64,000 nt of DNA, from positions 380,246,001 through 380,310,000 of the forward strand of contig OZ024741.1 in NCBI GenBank assembly GCA_964016885.1, in the 5' to 3' direction. The position numbers and the translations under genes are program-made. This document shows, piece after piece, positions 27,755 to 41,100 of this stretch. Below the pieces are notes generated by a model that was not told the origin of the DNA, made no database searches, and saw nothing but the letters and a program-made list of their open reading frames with translations. This DNA comes from Eledone cirrhosa (lineage: Eukaryota). The first letter of the stretch is position 1. The number at the start of each line of letters is the position of its first letter.

Positions 27755-29754
27755 TTACCTTACTTCTCGTAGGGGAAGGACGGTTTTTCCATCCTTTTCA
27801 CTGCTTGTGGCCTCCTCAGGAAGGATGTCCTTATAAATCCTCCTGGAGAGTGCTTGTCGGAAGTCTCCGATGTCTTTGGGGAATTTTTTTTTTAGTGTCA
27901 TGTACGTTTTCTGTGTGATGCGAGTGATTTGTATGTGTGGAGGTGGTGTGAATTTTGCGGTTGTTGTGTAGTCTTTTTCTGTGATGCTGGTGTTGTGTTG
28001 GATGTAGTGTAATAATTGCTTGTTGTTCAAATTTAATGCTGTGTAGTGTATATCGTTTTGGTTGTTTTGTTTTGTTTGCGTTTGTGGTGGGTTTGTTTCT
28101 GTTTCGCATTTTGGTGACTTTTGTGGTGTAGGTGATGGTGGTGTTGGGGTTAATGATGGTGATGGTGTTGGTGTTTGGGTTGATGGGGTTGGTGATGCTG
28201 GTGTGGATGGTGGCATATCTGTCCTAACTTTTTTGTTTCTTAGTTTATTTGTTTCCATCTGTATTTTGTTTTTGGAGGGGGAAGGAAGAGAATTTTTTCT
28301 TTTTTGGTTTCTTTTTTTTTCCTGATACCGTTTCCCACTCCTCGTCGTCACAATCTGTCTCCAGTTGTGATAGGCCGGGGAGTGGAAAATCCTCCACAGG
28401 CGTTAGTTTTGGTTGTGGCGTGGTGGCTGGTGTAGGCCGTGGTGCTAGTTCTGAAGCGTTGGGTGGTGGTGGTGTTGGTTTTGCTGGTGGTATTGGTGGT
28501 GTTGGTTTTGCTACTGCTGCTGGGGTTGTTGCTGTTATAGTTGCTTCTGTTGTTGCTGCTACAGTTGTTGCTGCCATCTCTGCTACTGGTGGTGTTGATG
28601 GTTGTGTCACTGGGGTGGGTAGGAGAGGTGGCCTCAACCTTTTAGCCTGAGGGCAGAAAGCCCCTAGGTGGGTTCCTTCACCACAAACGACACACCTAGG
28701 TCTTCTGCCCTCGACAATTACCGTGAGGTGGCTGCCGTCAGTGAGGTCTATTACCTCTGGGATCTCCTCAATGCTTTTTTGGTCCGCTTGGATCAGGAGC
28801 TCCATCCCAGATCCGGACCAGTTCTCCTGCTTTTCTTTTGCTATTGCTATTATCTTTGTGTTGGCTTCGATGCCGGCGAGGACAGCCGCTATTAGCCAGG
28901 GAATTTCGATGGCCGGTGGAACGTGGGTCATCCTGATCTTTACGAGTCTCTGGCCACAATAGCTTGGGACGAGTGTGAAGTCGTCACTTCTTAATGGGGC
29001 CATGGAGGGTTCTCTAGCCTCCTCTGGTGTTTCAAAGAACACGTCCACGGTTCCATACTTTTGCCCACGTCTGATGTGGGTTTTTCTTGCCCACACATGT
29101 CCCAAAGCTTTTTGGATTTGGGACTCGGATGCCCGTTCCACTCGGCGCGATTTTACATTTATTGTTCGATACGACACGGTGCATAGGCGCCGATGCTCCA
29201 TTTTATTTGGTGGGGGGGTGAGGCTGACCCTGTACCCATCTTTCTTTACCATTGGTTTGGCATTTTCTAAATCCTCCTGAGTTACCGTAAATGCTTTGAA
29301 CTGTTTTGCTACTCTGGCGAAACTGAGGGTGGTTTTTATAATGTCATTGTTGTTGTTGTTGCTATCGTTATTTGTGTTAATATTAATTTTAGTTTTCAGT
29401 TGTGGTGGTGGTGACGTCAGTCGTCTTTGGTGGGGAAGAGCCCATTTTGCTTGATTTCATTTCGACATCACGAGTTAATTTATTTTTTTCTTCTTTTGTT
29501 TCTGTTGTCGCGGTGGTGGTGGTGGGGGGGGGGGGGGTTGTCGCGGTGGTGGTGGTGGTGGAGGCTTTAACACCTGCAGTCATTGGTAATGGCGGGAAAT
29601 GAATGTCTGCCTGAGACAAATTTAAAATATTGCTACTGCTTATATTTTTTGTAGTGTTGGCAAACGTAGTAACATTTACAATGGTGGTGTCGGTGTGAGG
29701 TGTTAATATGTGAGAAAGGCTTTCAGCTGCTTGGTGCAGTGGTGAATTAGCCAT
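27755..29754 (-). pseudogene. T1 ORF1 (nucleic-acid-binding, CCHC knuckle, Pro/Thr-rich), frameshifted
   Basis: Pieces 29389-29754, 28245-29252 (RCVVCGEGTHLGAFC = Cx2Cx4Hx4C) and 27755-28351 are colinear in copy T2. One break is in an A-run near 28310. Confidence 0.82.
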
Positions 29755-29962
29755 TTTTTTTCAAAGAAATGTTTTGATAATCAAAAAAGTTTAAATTTTG
29801 GGCACAAGGCCCCAATCTTTTTGGGTGTCCTTTTCGGAAAACAATGTATGTGCGCTTATAAACAGTTAACAATAAAATTTTCCATAAATGACAATTTTTA
29901 ACAAACGGAAATAACAAACCTTTGCGGAGCTCACGATGATACGATTTACTACGTAGGTCGAC

Positions 29963-30036
<74 letters not shown>
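29963..30036. repeat. (TAA)n tract between the T1 5' end and the A2 5' end
   Basis: Directly visible; representative of the many TAA tracts at element junctions. Confidence 0.98.
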
Positions 30037-33000
30037 GGGAAGAAGACGCACGAGGTGGCGGAGGTCATGAAATCGCTCCCGTAAGTTTTGAATTTTTAAC
30101 ATATTTAAATCATTTGTGAAATAACAACTCTTAGTACAAATGCTACGTAAAGCAGCCGGCTTGAGCCCCAAAAAATTCGGACCAAAAATATATTGTTATA
30201 AGGCTCAAATATTCAAATATTCAACTTTGTATTGTACACTGTATATCCAAAAAAGAAAATGGCTATAAATGGAAGAAGAAGCCCCCCCCCCTCCTCTCCT
30301 CTGTCTACACTATATAGAACAGCCAAACTCACCAACACCAGAAACTAGGTACACCACCCACCTCATCACCTGTGTACACTAAACACAACAGCCAGATAAC
30401 GGCAATTTCACCACTACCGCTCACTACTGCCATCATTACCACCACTATCCCATCACCACTCCTTCACACCTTCACTGCTACCACCGCTACAACACCATCA
30501 CCACAGTAATACGATCACATCGCCACCACCACTACCTCGGTATCGACATCACCACCACCACTGTCTCAGTATCGCTACCGCCGCCATTCCTCCACTCTTC
30601 AAGCTGGCTGCTGCCACCACATTATAGAATTCCTACTAATAAAAAAGAGGAAGGCATCAAAATAAATATATAGATAGACTCAAAAGAAAAAAGAAAAAAC
30701 AAACAACAAACCAAAGCAGCACAGCAACAACAGCAAAAAACGTGAAAAACAAACAGAGAAAAACAAAAACAAAAAACGTAAAGAAAATAAGAATGAAAAG
30801 AGAAGCAGGCAGACGGACAGAGAAGAGGGGGGAAAAACTAAAACTAAAAAAACAAAAACTAAGTCAGACATTCGAACACTACGTTACAATGAAACTTATG
30901 CTTATTCGTTTTTGGGGCCCTTTCTGCCTGTGTGTTTGTTTGTTTATGTGTCTTCGTATACAGCGTGGTGATAATGCCACACAAGGGCCAAGTGGAACGG
31001 CGAATCCACAGATGGCTATGTAACCATACATTCGCCAATCCTCGATAAGAGTGTTTAAATATCAAACATAAACAGTTCGAATAACGGTGAAATGGAGACT
31101 AGAACGTCATGTGACAGACTCTCACCCAACAGGTGCCCCCTGGTTCAGCAGCAGGAACCTGACTGTCAACCAAATACTGCTGATGTTGGAGGAAGAAGAA
31201 GAAGGAAAGGGGCTAGAACCAACTGGACTAAAGAATTGAATAGAACTGTTATGCAATGTTACCTGAAACGTAACCCCAAGGGGAGGGGCTACAGGAGACG
31301 GATGCATAACATCTGGAACGAGATTGGTCTATTTAAATTAGATGAACAAAAATTGGCCGGGCAGGCTCGGGTAATAAGAACTAATGGGTGGATAAGCGAG
31401 CTGGAACTGGAGGAACTGAGCAGAGAGAATGGCTTGGAGATGGCGGGTGTAGTATGCCAGACAAGCGAGCCAGTGGGAAATGAAGGTGAAGAGGTCCTGA
31501 GAACGGAGGAACCACCCGAAGCAGACAATGATCTGAATACTGAGATAAATAATACCTGGAACAGAGATACGGCCACTGAGGAGATGAATGCTGACGGGCT
31601 AGGACAAGATTCGGTTGACATCCTAAATTTAGTGGTAGATGAATTGAACAATGATAGTGGGAGACCTATGAACCTAAGATTTGTAGACAGGAAAAAGTTA
31701 AAAGAAACAACAGCTAAGGTAAACAAAGTCATCCCATACCTTGAGGCGAGGAGCCTTCACCAGTGCAACAATATCCTCAAAGCAACAGCAAATACGGTGA
31801 GGAGACTACTTGGTATAAAAGCGAGAGGAAACAACAGACAAGAAAGAGCAGAGCCTTGGTGGAAGAAACGACTGAGTGGTCAAATCGGGGAAATGAGAAA
31901 TGACATAGGAAAGCTTGAGTCACTACTGAATGGGACACTAAAAAACATAGGCACTAAAAATAGACTGGAAATAAAGTACAAAACTAGGAGGAAAAAGCTA
32001 AATATTATCATAGAGGAACTGAAGCAACGCATTGTAGCAAAGAGTGCAAAAATCAGGCGATACGAGAACAGAGTCAGTCAGTATAAACAGAACCGCATGT
32101 TCGACAACAACCAGAAGATGCTGTTTGGACAGCTTGAGGGGAAAGAAAGAGGCAACGACTTGATCCCTGAGGCGGAACAAACTAAAACATTCCGGAGATG
32201 AATATGGGAGGAGGATGTTAAACATAATGACCAGGCAGTGTGGATTGAGACAGTACAAAAGGAGATTAGTGAACAGGCACGCCAACAAGCTGATTTGAGT
32301 ATCACAGTTGAAACTCTTAAGGGGCAGGCCAAAAAACTAACCAACTGGAAATCACCTGGCCCAGATGGTGTGCAGGGGTATTGGATTAAAAACATAACAT
32401 CCCTCCACCCGAAACTGACAACCATGTTCAATGACTACTTGATGTCAGGTGAGGTACCAGAGTGGTTAACAAAAGGTACCACAGTTCTGATAATGAAAGA
32501 CCGAACCAAGGGTAATGATGTTACCAACTATAGATCTATCACATGTCTGTCCGTAATGTGGAAACTGTTGACAAGCATTATGTCTAAGGAAATCTACCAT
32601 CACCTCCACACAAACAACTTGTTACCGGACGAACAGAAAGGATGCCAAAAGAAGTCACGTGGTACAAAGGACCAGTTACTTATTGATAAGATGGTAATGA
32701 GGAATTGCAAGTGGAGACACACTGGTCTTGCCATGGGATAGATAGACTACAAAAAGGCATTTGAAATGGTGCCTCATTCTTGGATCACCAAAAGCCTGGA
32801 GATCTTCAAGGTGGCAGATAACATCAGGCAGTTGTTGGGCAAAAGTATGAAGTCCTGGGAAACAGAGTTAACATCAACTGGAGAATCCTTGGGAAGCGTG
32901 AAGATCAAGAGAGGTATCTTCCAGGGATATAGTCTGTCCCCTCTGTTGTTTGTACTTGCCCTGATGCCCCTGACCAGTGTACTGCGAAAAGTGAGAGCAG

Positions 33001-34558
33001 GATACAGGTTGGGAAAGGGAGGGCTTACCATCAATCCCTCCTCTTCATGGACGATCTTAAGCTCTTCGGGAAGAGTGAGAAGGAGTTGGATGTGCTTGTT
33101 GACACTGTCCGTATTTTCAGCAATGATATATGTATACAATTTGGTAGTAGTAAGTGTGGAGTCATTGTGATGAGGAGGGGTAAGTTGAGCAGAAGTAACG
33201 GAATCCAGATACCAACAGGTGAGATGATAAAAGAAATTGACTCTGAGGAAGGATACAAGTATTTGGGCGTTCTGGAGGCTGATGACATAAAGAACAAAAA
33301 AATGAAGGAATTGTTAAGAACTGAATACATTCGGAGAGTAAGGAGCGTATTGAAGTCACATCTGAACAGCAGAAATGCCATAAGCGCAGTAAATTCCCGA
33401 GCTGTGTCTATTATTAGGTACAGTGCGGGAATTCTGAGATGGAATGTTGCTGAACAAAAAGAAATGGATAGGAAGACTAGGAAGCTATTGACTATCTACA
33501 ACATGTTCCACAAGAGGAGTGATGTCGATAGACTCTACCTAAGGAGATCTGAGGGTGGAAGAGGTCTTATCAGCATAGAGGACTGTGTTCAGATGGAGAA
33601 AAACAACCTATACAAATACGTGACCTATAGTAAGGAGCCAATGCTCAGAACTGTACTGAAGGAGGGGACAGTAGGCCAGGGGATGTCCAAGGAGGAAATG
33701 ACATCAAGGAGGAAGAGCAGCCTACAGGGAAAATCCCTTCATAGTACCTTCTTTGAGAAAACTGAATTTAGAGATCCACAGACATGGAACTGGTTGAGAA
33801 GAGGAGACCTCAAAAAGGCTACAGAAGGAATGCTAATGGCTGCGCAGGAGCAGGCCCTCAAAGCGAAGTGGTTGAAGCACCATATTTACAAGGAGGAGGC
33901 TAGCCCACTGTGCAGGATCTGTGGAGAGAGAGAGGAGACTGTGGCTCACATTGTGTCCGAGTGTAAACACCTAGCCCAGACCCACTATAAGGGCTGGAGA
34001 CACGATGTGATGGGCAGGGTGATCCACTGGCACCTGTACAAAGTAAACAATTTACCACACTCTGAGAAATGGTATGAGCATAGGCCAGAGGCGGTGATGG
34101 AGAACAATCAGGAGAAGGTGCTGTGGGATTTTAGGATACAGAGGGACAAAAAACTGAAACACAATAGACCTGACCTGGTGGTTGTGGACAAAGAAAAAAG
34201 ATCGTGTCTGATTGTGGATGTGGCCTGCCCTTTCGACACGAGAGTGCAAGAGAAGGAGAGGGAGAAAATTAACCGATACCAGGACCTAAAGTGGGAGGTA
34301 AAAAGGATTTGGAACTGCCATGAAGTCAAAGTGATCCCGATTGTCATAGGCGCACTGGGGACTATCTCCAAAAGTTTCCAGGGATGGTTAAAGAAAATCG
34401 GCCCCGTCACGCTTTTTGGAACGCTTCAAAAGGCATGCTTGCTTGGAACAGCAAGAACCCTCCGATACGTCCTGAATATCTGAGGCTGCAGGTAGTGGCT
34501 TGATATTCATTCCAACGAACTTTCCAGTTAACCAACATCAATGACTGAGATTCAAGGA
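30037..34558 (+). mobile_element. R4/Dong family A copy A2, full length with about 1 kb leader, ORF disrupted
   Basis: Starts gggaagaag like A1; ORF pieces 31092-32201, 32238-32741, 32766-33170 and 33047-34483. Confidence 0.95.
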
Positions 34559-34593
34559 ATAACAACAATATTAATAATAATAATAATAATAAT

Positions 34594-37500
34594 AAATCCT
34601 CGATAAGAGTGTTTAAATGTCCAACCTAAACAGTTTGAATAACGGTGAAATGGAGACTAGAATGTCATGTGACAGACTCTCACCCAACAGGTGCTCCCTG
34701 GCTCAGCAGCAGGGACCTGGCTGTCAACCAAATACTGCTGGTGTCGGAGGAAGAAGAAGAAGGAAAGGGACCAGAACCAACTGGACGAAAGAATTGAATA
34801 GAACTGTTATGCAATGTTACCTGAAGAGTAACGCCAAGGAGAAGAGCTATAGGAAAATGAGGCATAACATCTGGAACGAGATTGGTCTATTTAAATTAGA
34901 TGAACAAAAATTGGCCGGTCAGGCTCGGGTAATAAGAACTAATGGGTGGATAAGCGAACTGGAACTGGAGGAACTGGGCAGAGAGATTAGCTTGGAGATG
35001 GAGGGTGGAGTATGCCAGGCAAACGAGCCAGTGGGAAATGAAGGTGAAGAGGTCGAGAGAACGGAGGAACCACCCGAAACAGACAATGATCTGAATGCTG
35101 AGATAAACAATACCTGGAACAGAGATACGGCCACTGAGGAGATGAATGCTGACGGGCTAGGACAAGATTTGGTAGATATCCTAAACTTAGTGGTAGAAGA
35201 ATTGAACAATGATAGTGGGAGACCTATGAACCTAAGATTTGTAGACAGGAAAAAGTTAAAAGAAACAACAGCTAAGGTAAACAAAGTCATGCCATACTTT
35301 GAGGCGAGGAGCCTTCACCAGTGCAACAATATCCTCAAAGCAAGAGCAAATACGGTGAGGAAACTACTTGGTATAAAAGCGAGAGGAAACAACAGACAAG
35401 AAAGAGCAGAGCCTTGGTGGAAGAAACGACTGAGTGGTCAAATCAGGGAAATGAGAAATGACATTGGAAAGCTTGAGTCCCTACTGAATGGGACACTAAA
35501 AAATATAGACACTAAAAATAAACTGGAAATAAATTACAAAACTAGGAGGAAAAAGCTAAATATTATCATAGAGGAACTGAAGCAACGTATTGTAGCAAAG
35601 AGTGCAAAAATCAGGCGATACGAGAACAGAGTCAGCCAGTATAGACAGAACCGCATGTTTGACAACAACCAGAAGATGCTGTTTGGACAGCTTGAAGGGA
35701 AAGAAAGAGGCAACGACTTGATCCCTGAGGCGGAACATACTAAAACATTCCGGAGAGGAATATGGGAGGAAGATGTTAAACATAATGACCAGGCAGTGTG
35801 GATTGAGACAGTACAAAAGGAGATTAGTGAACAGGCACGCCAACAAGCTGATTTGAGTATCACAGTTGAAACTCTTAAGGGGCAGGCCAAAAAACTAACC
35901 AACTGGAAATCACCAGGCCCAGATGGTGTGCAGGAGTATTGGATTAAAAACATAACATCCCTCCACCCGAAACTGACAACCATGTTCAATGACTGCTTGA
36001 TGTCAGGTGAGGTACCAGAGTGGTTGACAAAAGGTACCACAGTTCTGATAATGAAAGACCGAACCAAGGGTAATGATGTTACCAACTATAGATCTATCAC
36101 ATGTCTGTCCGTAATGTGGAAACTGTAGACAAGCATTATGTCTGAGGAAATCTACCATCACCTCCACACAAACAACTTGTTACCGGACGAACAGAAAGGA
36201 TGCCAAAAGAAGTCACGTGGTACAAAGGACCAGTTACTTATTGATAAGATGGTAATGAGGAATTGCAAGTGGAGACACACTGGTCTTGCCATGGGATGGA
36301 TAGAATACAAAAAGGCATTTGAAATGGTGCCTCATTCTTGGATCACCAAAAGCCTGGAGATCTTCAAGGTGGCAGATAACATCAGGCAGTTGTTGGGCAA
36401 AAGTATGAAGTCCTGGGAAACAGAGTTAACATCAACTGGAGAATCCTTGGGAAGCGTGAAGATCAAGAGAGGTATCTTCCAGGGATATAGTCTGTCCCCT
36501 CTGTTGTTTGTACTTGCCCTGATGCCCCTGACCAGTGTACTGCGAAAAGTGAGAGCAGGATACAGGTTGGGAAAGGGAGGGCTTACCATCAATCACCTCC
36601 TCTTCATGGACGATCTTAAGCTCTTCGGGAAGAGTGAGAAGGAGTTGGATGTGCTTGTTGACACTGTCCGTATTTTCAGCAATGATATATGTATACAATT
36701 TGGTAGTAGTAAGTGTGGATTCATTGTGATGAGGAGGGGTAAGTTGAGCAGAAGTAACGGAATCCAGATACCAACAGGTGAGATGATAAAAGAAATTGAC
36801 TCTGAGGAAGGATACAAGTATTTGGGCGTTCTGGAGGCTGATGACATCAAGAACAAAAAAATGAAGGAATTGATAAGAACTGAATACCTTCGGAGAGTAA
36901 GGAGCGTATTGAAGTCACATCTGGACATAAGGAATGCCATAAGTGCAGTAAATTCCCGAGCTGTGTCTATTATTAGGTACAGTGCAGGAATTCTGAGATG
37001 GAATGTTGCTGAACAAAAATAAATGGATAGGAAGACTAGGAAGCTATTGACTATCTACAATACGTTCCACAAGAGGAGTGATCTCGATAGACTCTACTTA
37101 AGGAGATCTGAAGGTGGAAGAGGTCTTATCAGCATAGAGGACTGTGTCCAGATGGAGAAAAATAACCTACACAAATACGTGACTGATAGTAAGGAGCCAA
37201 TGCTCAGAACTGTACTGAAGGAGGGGACAATAGGCCAGGGGATGTCCAAGGAGGAAATACATCAAGGAGAAAGAGCAGCCTTCAGGAAAAATCCCTTCAT
37301 AGTACCTCCTTTGAAAAAACTGAATTTAGAGATCCACAGACATGGAACTGGTTGAAAAGAGGAGACCTTAAAAAGGCTACAGAAGGAATGTTAATGGCTG
37401 CGCAGGAGCAGGCCCTCAAAACGAAGTGGTTGAAGCACCACAATTACAAGGAGGAGGCTAGCCCACTGTGCAGGATCTGTGGAGAGAGAGGAGACTGTGG

Positions 37501-38114
37501 CTCACATTGTATCCGAGTGTAAACACCTAGCCCAGACTCACTGTAAGGGCTGGAGACATGATGTGATGGGCAGGGTGATCCACTGGCACCTATGCAAAGT
37601 AAACAATTTACCACATTCTTAGAAGTGGTATGAGTATAAGCCAGAGTCGGTGATATAAAACGATCAGGTGAAGGTCCTGTGGGATTTTAGGATACAGACG
37701 GCCAAGAAACTGGAACACAATAGACCTGACCTGGTGGTTTTGGACAAAGAAAAAATATCGTGTCTGATTGTGGATGTGGCCTGCCCATTTGACACGAGAG
37801 TGCAAGAGAAGGAAAGCGAGAAAATTAACCGATACCAGGACTTAAAGCGGGACGTAAAAAGGATTTGGAACTGCCATGAAGTCAAAGTGATCCCAATTGT
37901 CATAGGCGCACTAGGGACTATCTCAAAAAGTTTCCAGGGATGGTTAAAGAAAATTGGCCCCTTCACGCTTTTTGGAACGCTTCAAAAGGCATGCTTGCTG
38001 GGAACAGCAAGAACCCTCCAATACGTCCTGAATATCTGAGGCTGCAGGTAGTGGCTTGATATTCATTTCAACAAACTTTCCAGTTAACTAACATCAATGA
38101 CTGAGACTCAAAAA
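34594..38114 (+). mobile_element. R4/Dong family A copy A3, leaderless, whole ORF region but disrupted
   Basis: Starts (TAA)n-aaatcctcgataagag; ORF pieces 34617-36128, 36138-37022, 37023-37355 and 37668-38039. Confidence 0.95.
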
Positions 38115-38131
38115 ATAATAATAATAATAAT

Positions 38132-41100
38132 GCCAGCAAATGCACTACCCACAGAGCCGAGGATCTTTCCATGTACGTCCAATACCATGCGTAACGCAAG
38201 CATGTACTGCAAGATTAACAAATAAAAATGAATACACAATACCAAATCGCTTTTCCTATGGTTAATCAGGAAGCGCGTCCCTCAGGAAGATGCCAACTTG
38301 AGATCGAAAAGTCCTCCTCTGGCACAAACCCTTCTCCAATTATGGACCTGAATGGGATCAGGGATTGCCCCAACTCGAGCCGTCCAGATCCACCACCCAA
38401 ACCACCTCAAAAAGAAAAACCTAAAAGGATGAAATGGACCCGAGAAGAGTATAAAGAAGTAATATATGCATATTACTATGCATTAGGTAAGCCATCACAA
38501 GACAGACACACTTTAAATTCCTACAAAATCTGGAAAACTCGGAATCAAGCTAGCAGACATGATATGCATGGAAATAAGTTGGCAAATGTAAGTAGGTTTA
38601 TCTTCAGAAATAATAGACTCACATACACAGAATTAATTGCGATCAAGCAGGCTGTGAAGAATGACATAAACACAAATGATGAAAGAACTGAAGAATCTCC
38701 TGGAGATAGTAACCAGTCACAAGTCTTTACTGATAGACATCCATCTGACAAAATCACAAATAGGTTTGTAGAAATGAGAAGGCCTATTGAACCCGCTGAA
38801 AATAGCCAGGAAAGGGACTTAGAAACAGTAATTGAAAACCAAATATCTGCTGAAGAACACAGGTAGACTATGAAGGAATTAAAGCAAAAAATACTGAATG
38901 ACCTTGCAGTAATAAGACATTCTAGTATAAATGATAGAGAACTACTTCAAAAACTCCCAAATACAATCCAAAATAGAAAACAAATAATGATTGGTAATTC
39001 TGTGACAAAAGAAATCTTAGAAGAACTAGAACCTGATCTTACTGAGTTAAATGAAATCATTTATGTATCTGCTAGAGTAATTGAAACAAGTTGTTTACCA
39101 CAAAAAAAAAAACAAAAAAAAGTCAAACCTTCGAGGTAAACCAATTTGGAGGAGTAGAATCGAAAGGGAGATTGACGTAATGAGAGGAGAAATATCTTTA
39201 TTGAGTGAGTTAACCGCTGGAAATGATATATAGAGCCAAGAAGGTAAGAAAGCTAAATAGAAAATATGGCCCATCTTCTAGAGAAACAATAGTTTCAACA
39301 AAAGAATCTCTGAAACAAAAAGTCCAAGTAAAAGCCCAACGAATTTGTAGATTGGAGAAGCAAAACAACTTCTATGGGCAAAATAAGTTGTTCTCATCCA
39401 ATGCCAAGTCATTTTATAGAGAAGTAGGGAAGAAAAAAATAATTATTGAAGGCCATAGAATAAGTTGAAAACTTCTGGAGTAAGATTTGGAGTGATGAGA
39501 AGACATATACTGCTAATGTAGATTGGATTAGTCACCTGGAAAAATCCTACACAAATTTAGAAGAACAGGCGTGGAAAGACATCTCTATAGCGGACTTAAG
39601 GACAGCACTCAATAAATATCATAAATGGAAATCTCCCGGTAGAGACAGGGTGCCAAATTTCTGGCTTTCCTCACTCCCATGCACTCACAATATATTGGTC
39701 AAGCAGTTTAATGGAATTATGAAAGATCCAAAAAATACACCCGATTGGATAGCAACTGGCATTACCTACCTTCTACTAAAGAATAACAAAACCAAAGATC
39801 CAAACAACTATCAGCCCATAACCTGCTTGTCCACCACTCATAAACTATTAACCTCTATTCTCATGGAAAAAGCATACGTGTTTTTGGAGGAGAACAATCT
39901 TTTTCCCATTGAACAAAAGGTTTGCCGACGAGGTTCATATGGTTGCAAAGATCAACTTTTGATTAATTGTATGATCCTTGAAAACTCATAATAAACACAG
40001 AAATCTCAATTCTGAATGGATTGATTATAAAAAAGCCTTTGACAGCATACCGCACTCATGGGTTCTGAAATCACTGGACATCTTCAAAATCTTACCTGTG
40101 ATCTCAAACTTTGTGAAGCACAATATGTCATTATGGAACACAATTCTCCAATTGTCTCATTCCACTGTGGTACTGTGCTCTAGGAATATAAACATCAACT
40201 GTGGTATATTCCAGGGTGACTCACTTTCACCCTTGCTTTTCTGCATAGCTTTAATACCCTTACACCAGAGCTTAATAAAACAGTGTACGGTTATAGAATT
40301 GACAACAAAACAATAAGCCACCTATTTTATATGGATGATTTGAAGCTATATTGCAAAGATAATGACGAACTGGAAGGCCTTTTTCGGACAGTAAAAACGT
40401 TTAACGATGACATCAGGATGGAGTTTGGACTTGAAAAGTGTGCAAAAGCCACTTTTAAAAAGGGGAAGCTTGTCCACTCAGACTCAGTTGAATTGGATGC
40501 TGAAACAATCATAAAGGAAGTTGAGCAGGACAAACCTATAAATACTTAGGGATTAATGGGGGCTCTGGAATACAGCATGCAAGTATGAAAGAGAGGATAA
40601 GGAAAGAATGTTACAGGAGAGTACATGCAGTTCTAAGATCAGAACTAAACACTCGTAACAAGGTGCCAGCCATACATTCCTTGGCCGTCTCAGTTCTCAC
40701 TTATAGCTTTGATGTGTTGAACTGGAATATGAGTGAAATCAAATGAATCGACACCAAAGTCTGTAAGCTACTGACCTATAATAGGATACACCACCCAAAA
40801 GCAGATGTGGATTGTCTTTACCTTCCTAGAACTCAAGGAGGCCGTGGCCTGATCCAATTTGAACTTGCTTACAAGACCACCATCATTGGACTGGCCAAAT
40901 ACCTTGAAACAACTAACGACTGTATGCTGAAACTTGTTGAAAAGCATGAGAGAAGTAAGAAGCTTCATTCTATATTGAAGGAAAGCAAAAAATATGCTAC
41001 TGATCTCATGCTGATCTCAGGCTGGACAGACTAAAGAAACTGTTGCAAGTGATGCTGCTAGGCACATAAAATCACTGGCAAAAGCAAAAGGGCAAGGACA

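Larger units (their letters stand above)
24053..29962 (-). mobile_element. Tx1/L1-clade two-ORF non-LTR retrotransposon, full length (about 5.9 kb), copy T1
   Basis: ORF1 has a CCHC knuckle, ORF2 has APE, RT and a C-terminal Zn motif, AATAAA lies at the 3' end, and (TAA)n flanks both sides. Confidence 0.95.

Noticed and set aside
28245-28351. Programmed frameshift or third ORF in the Tx1 element
   Set aside because: The break lies in A-homopolymers and falls in a different run in copy T2, so it is more likely mutation or sequencing error.
31030-31095. HDV-like ribozyme suggested by TCCTCG and a P4-like hairpin
   Set aside because: P1 and P3 pairing and the catalytic C could not be placed; kept only as an unspecified structured module.
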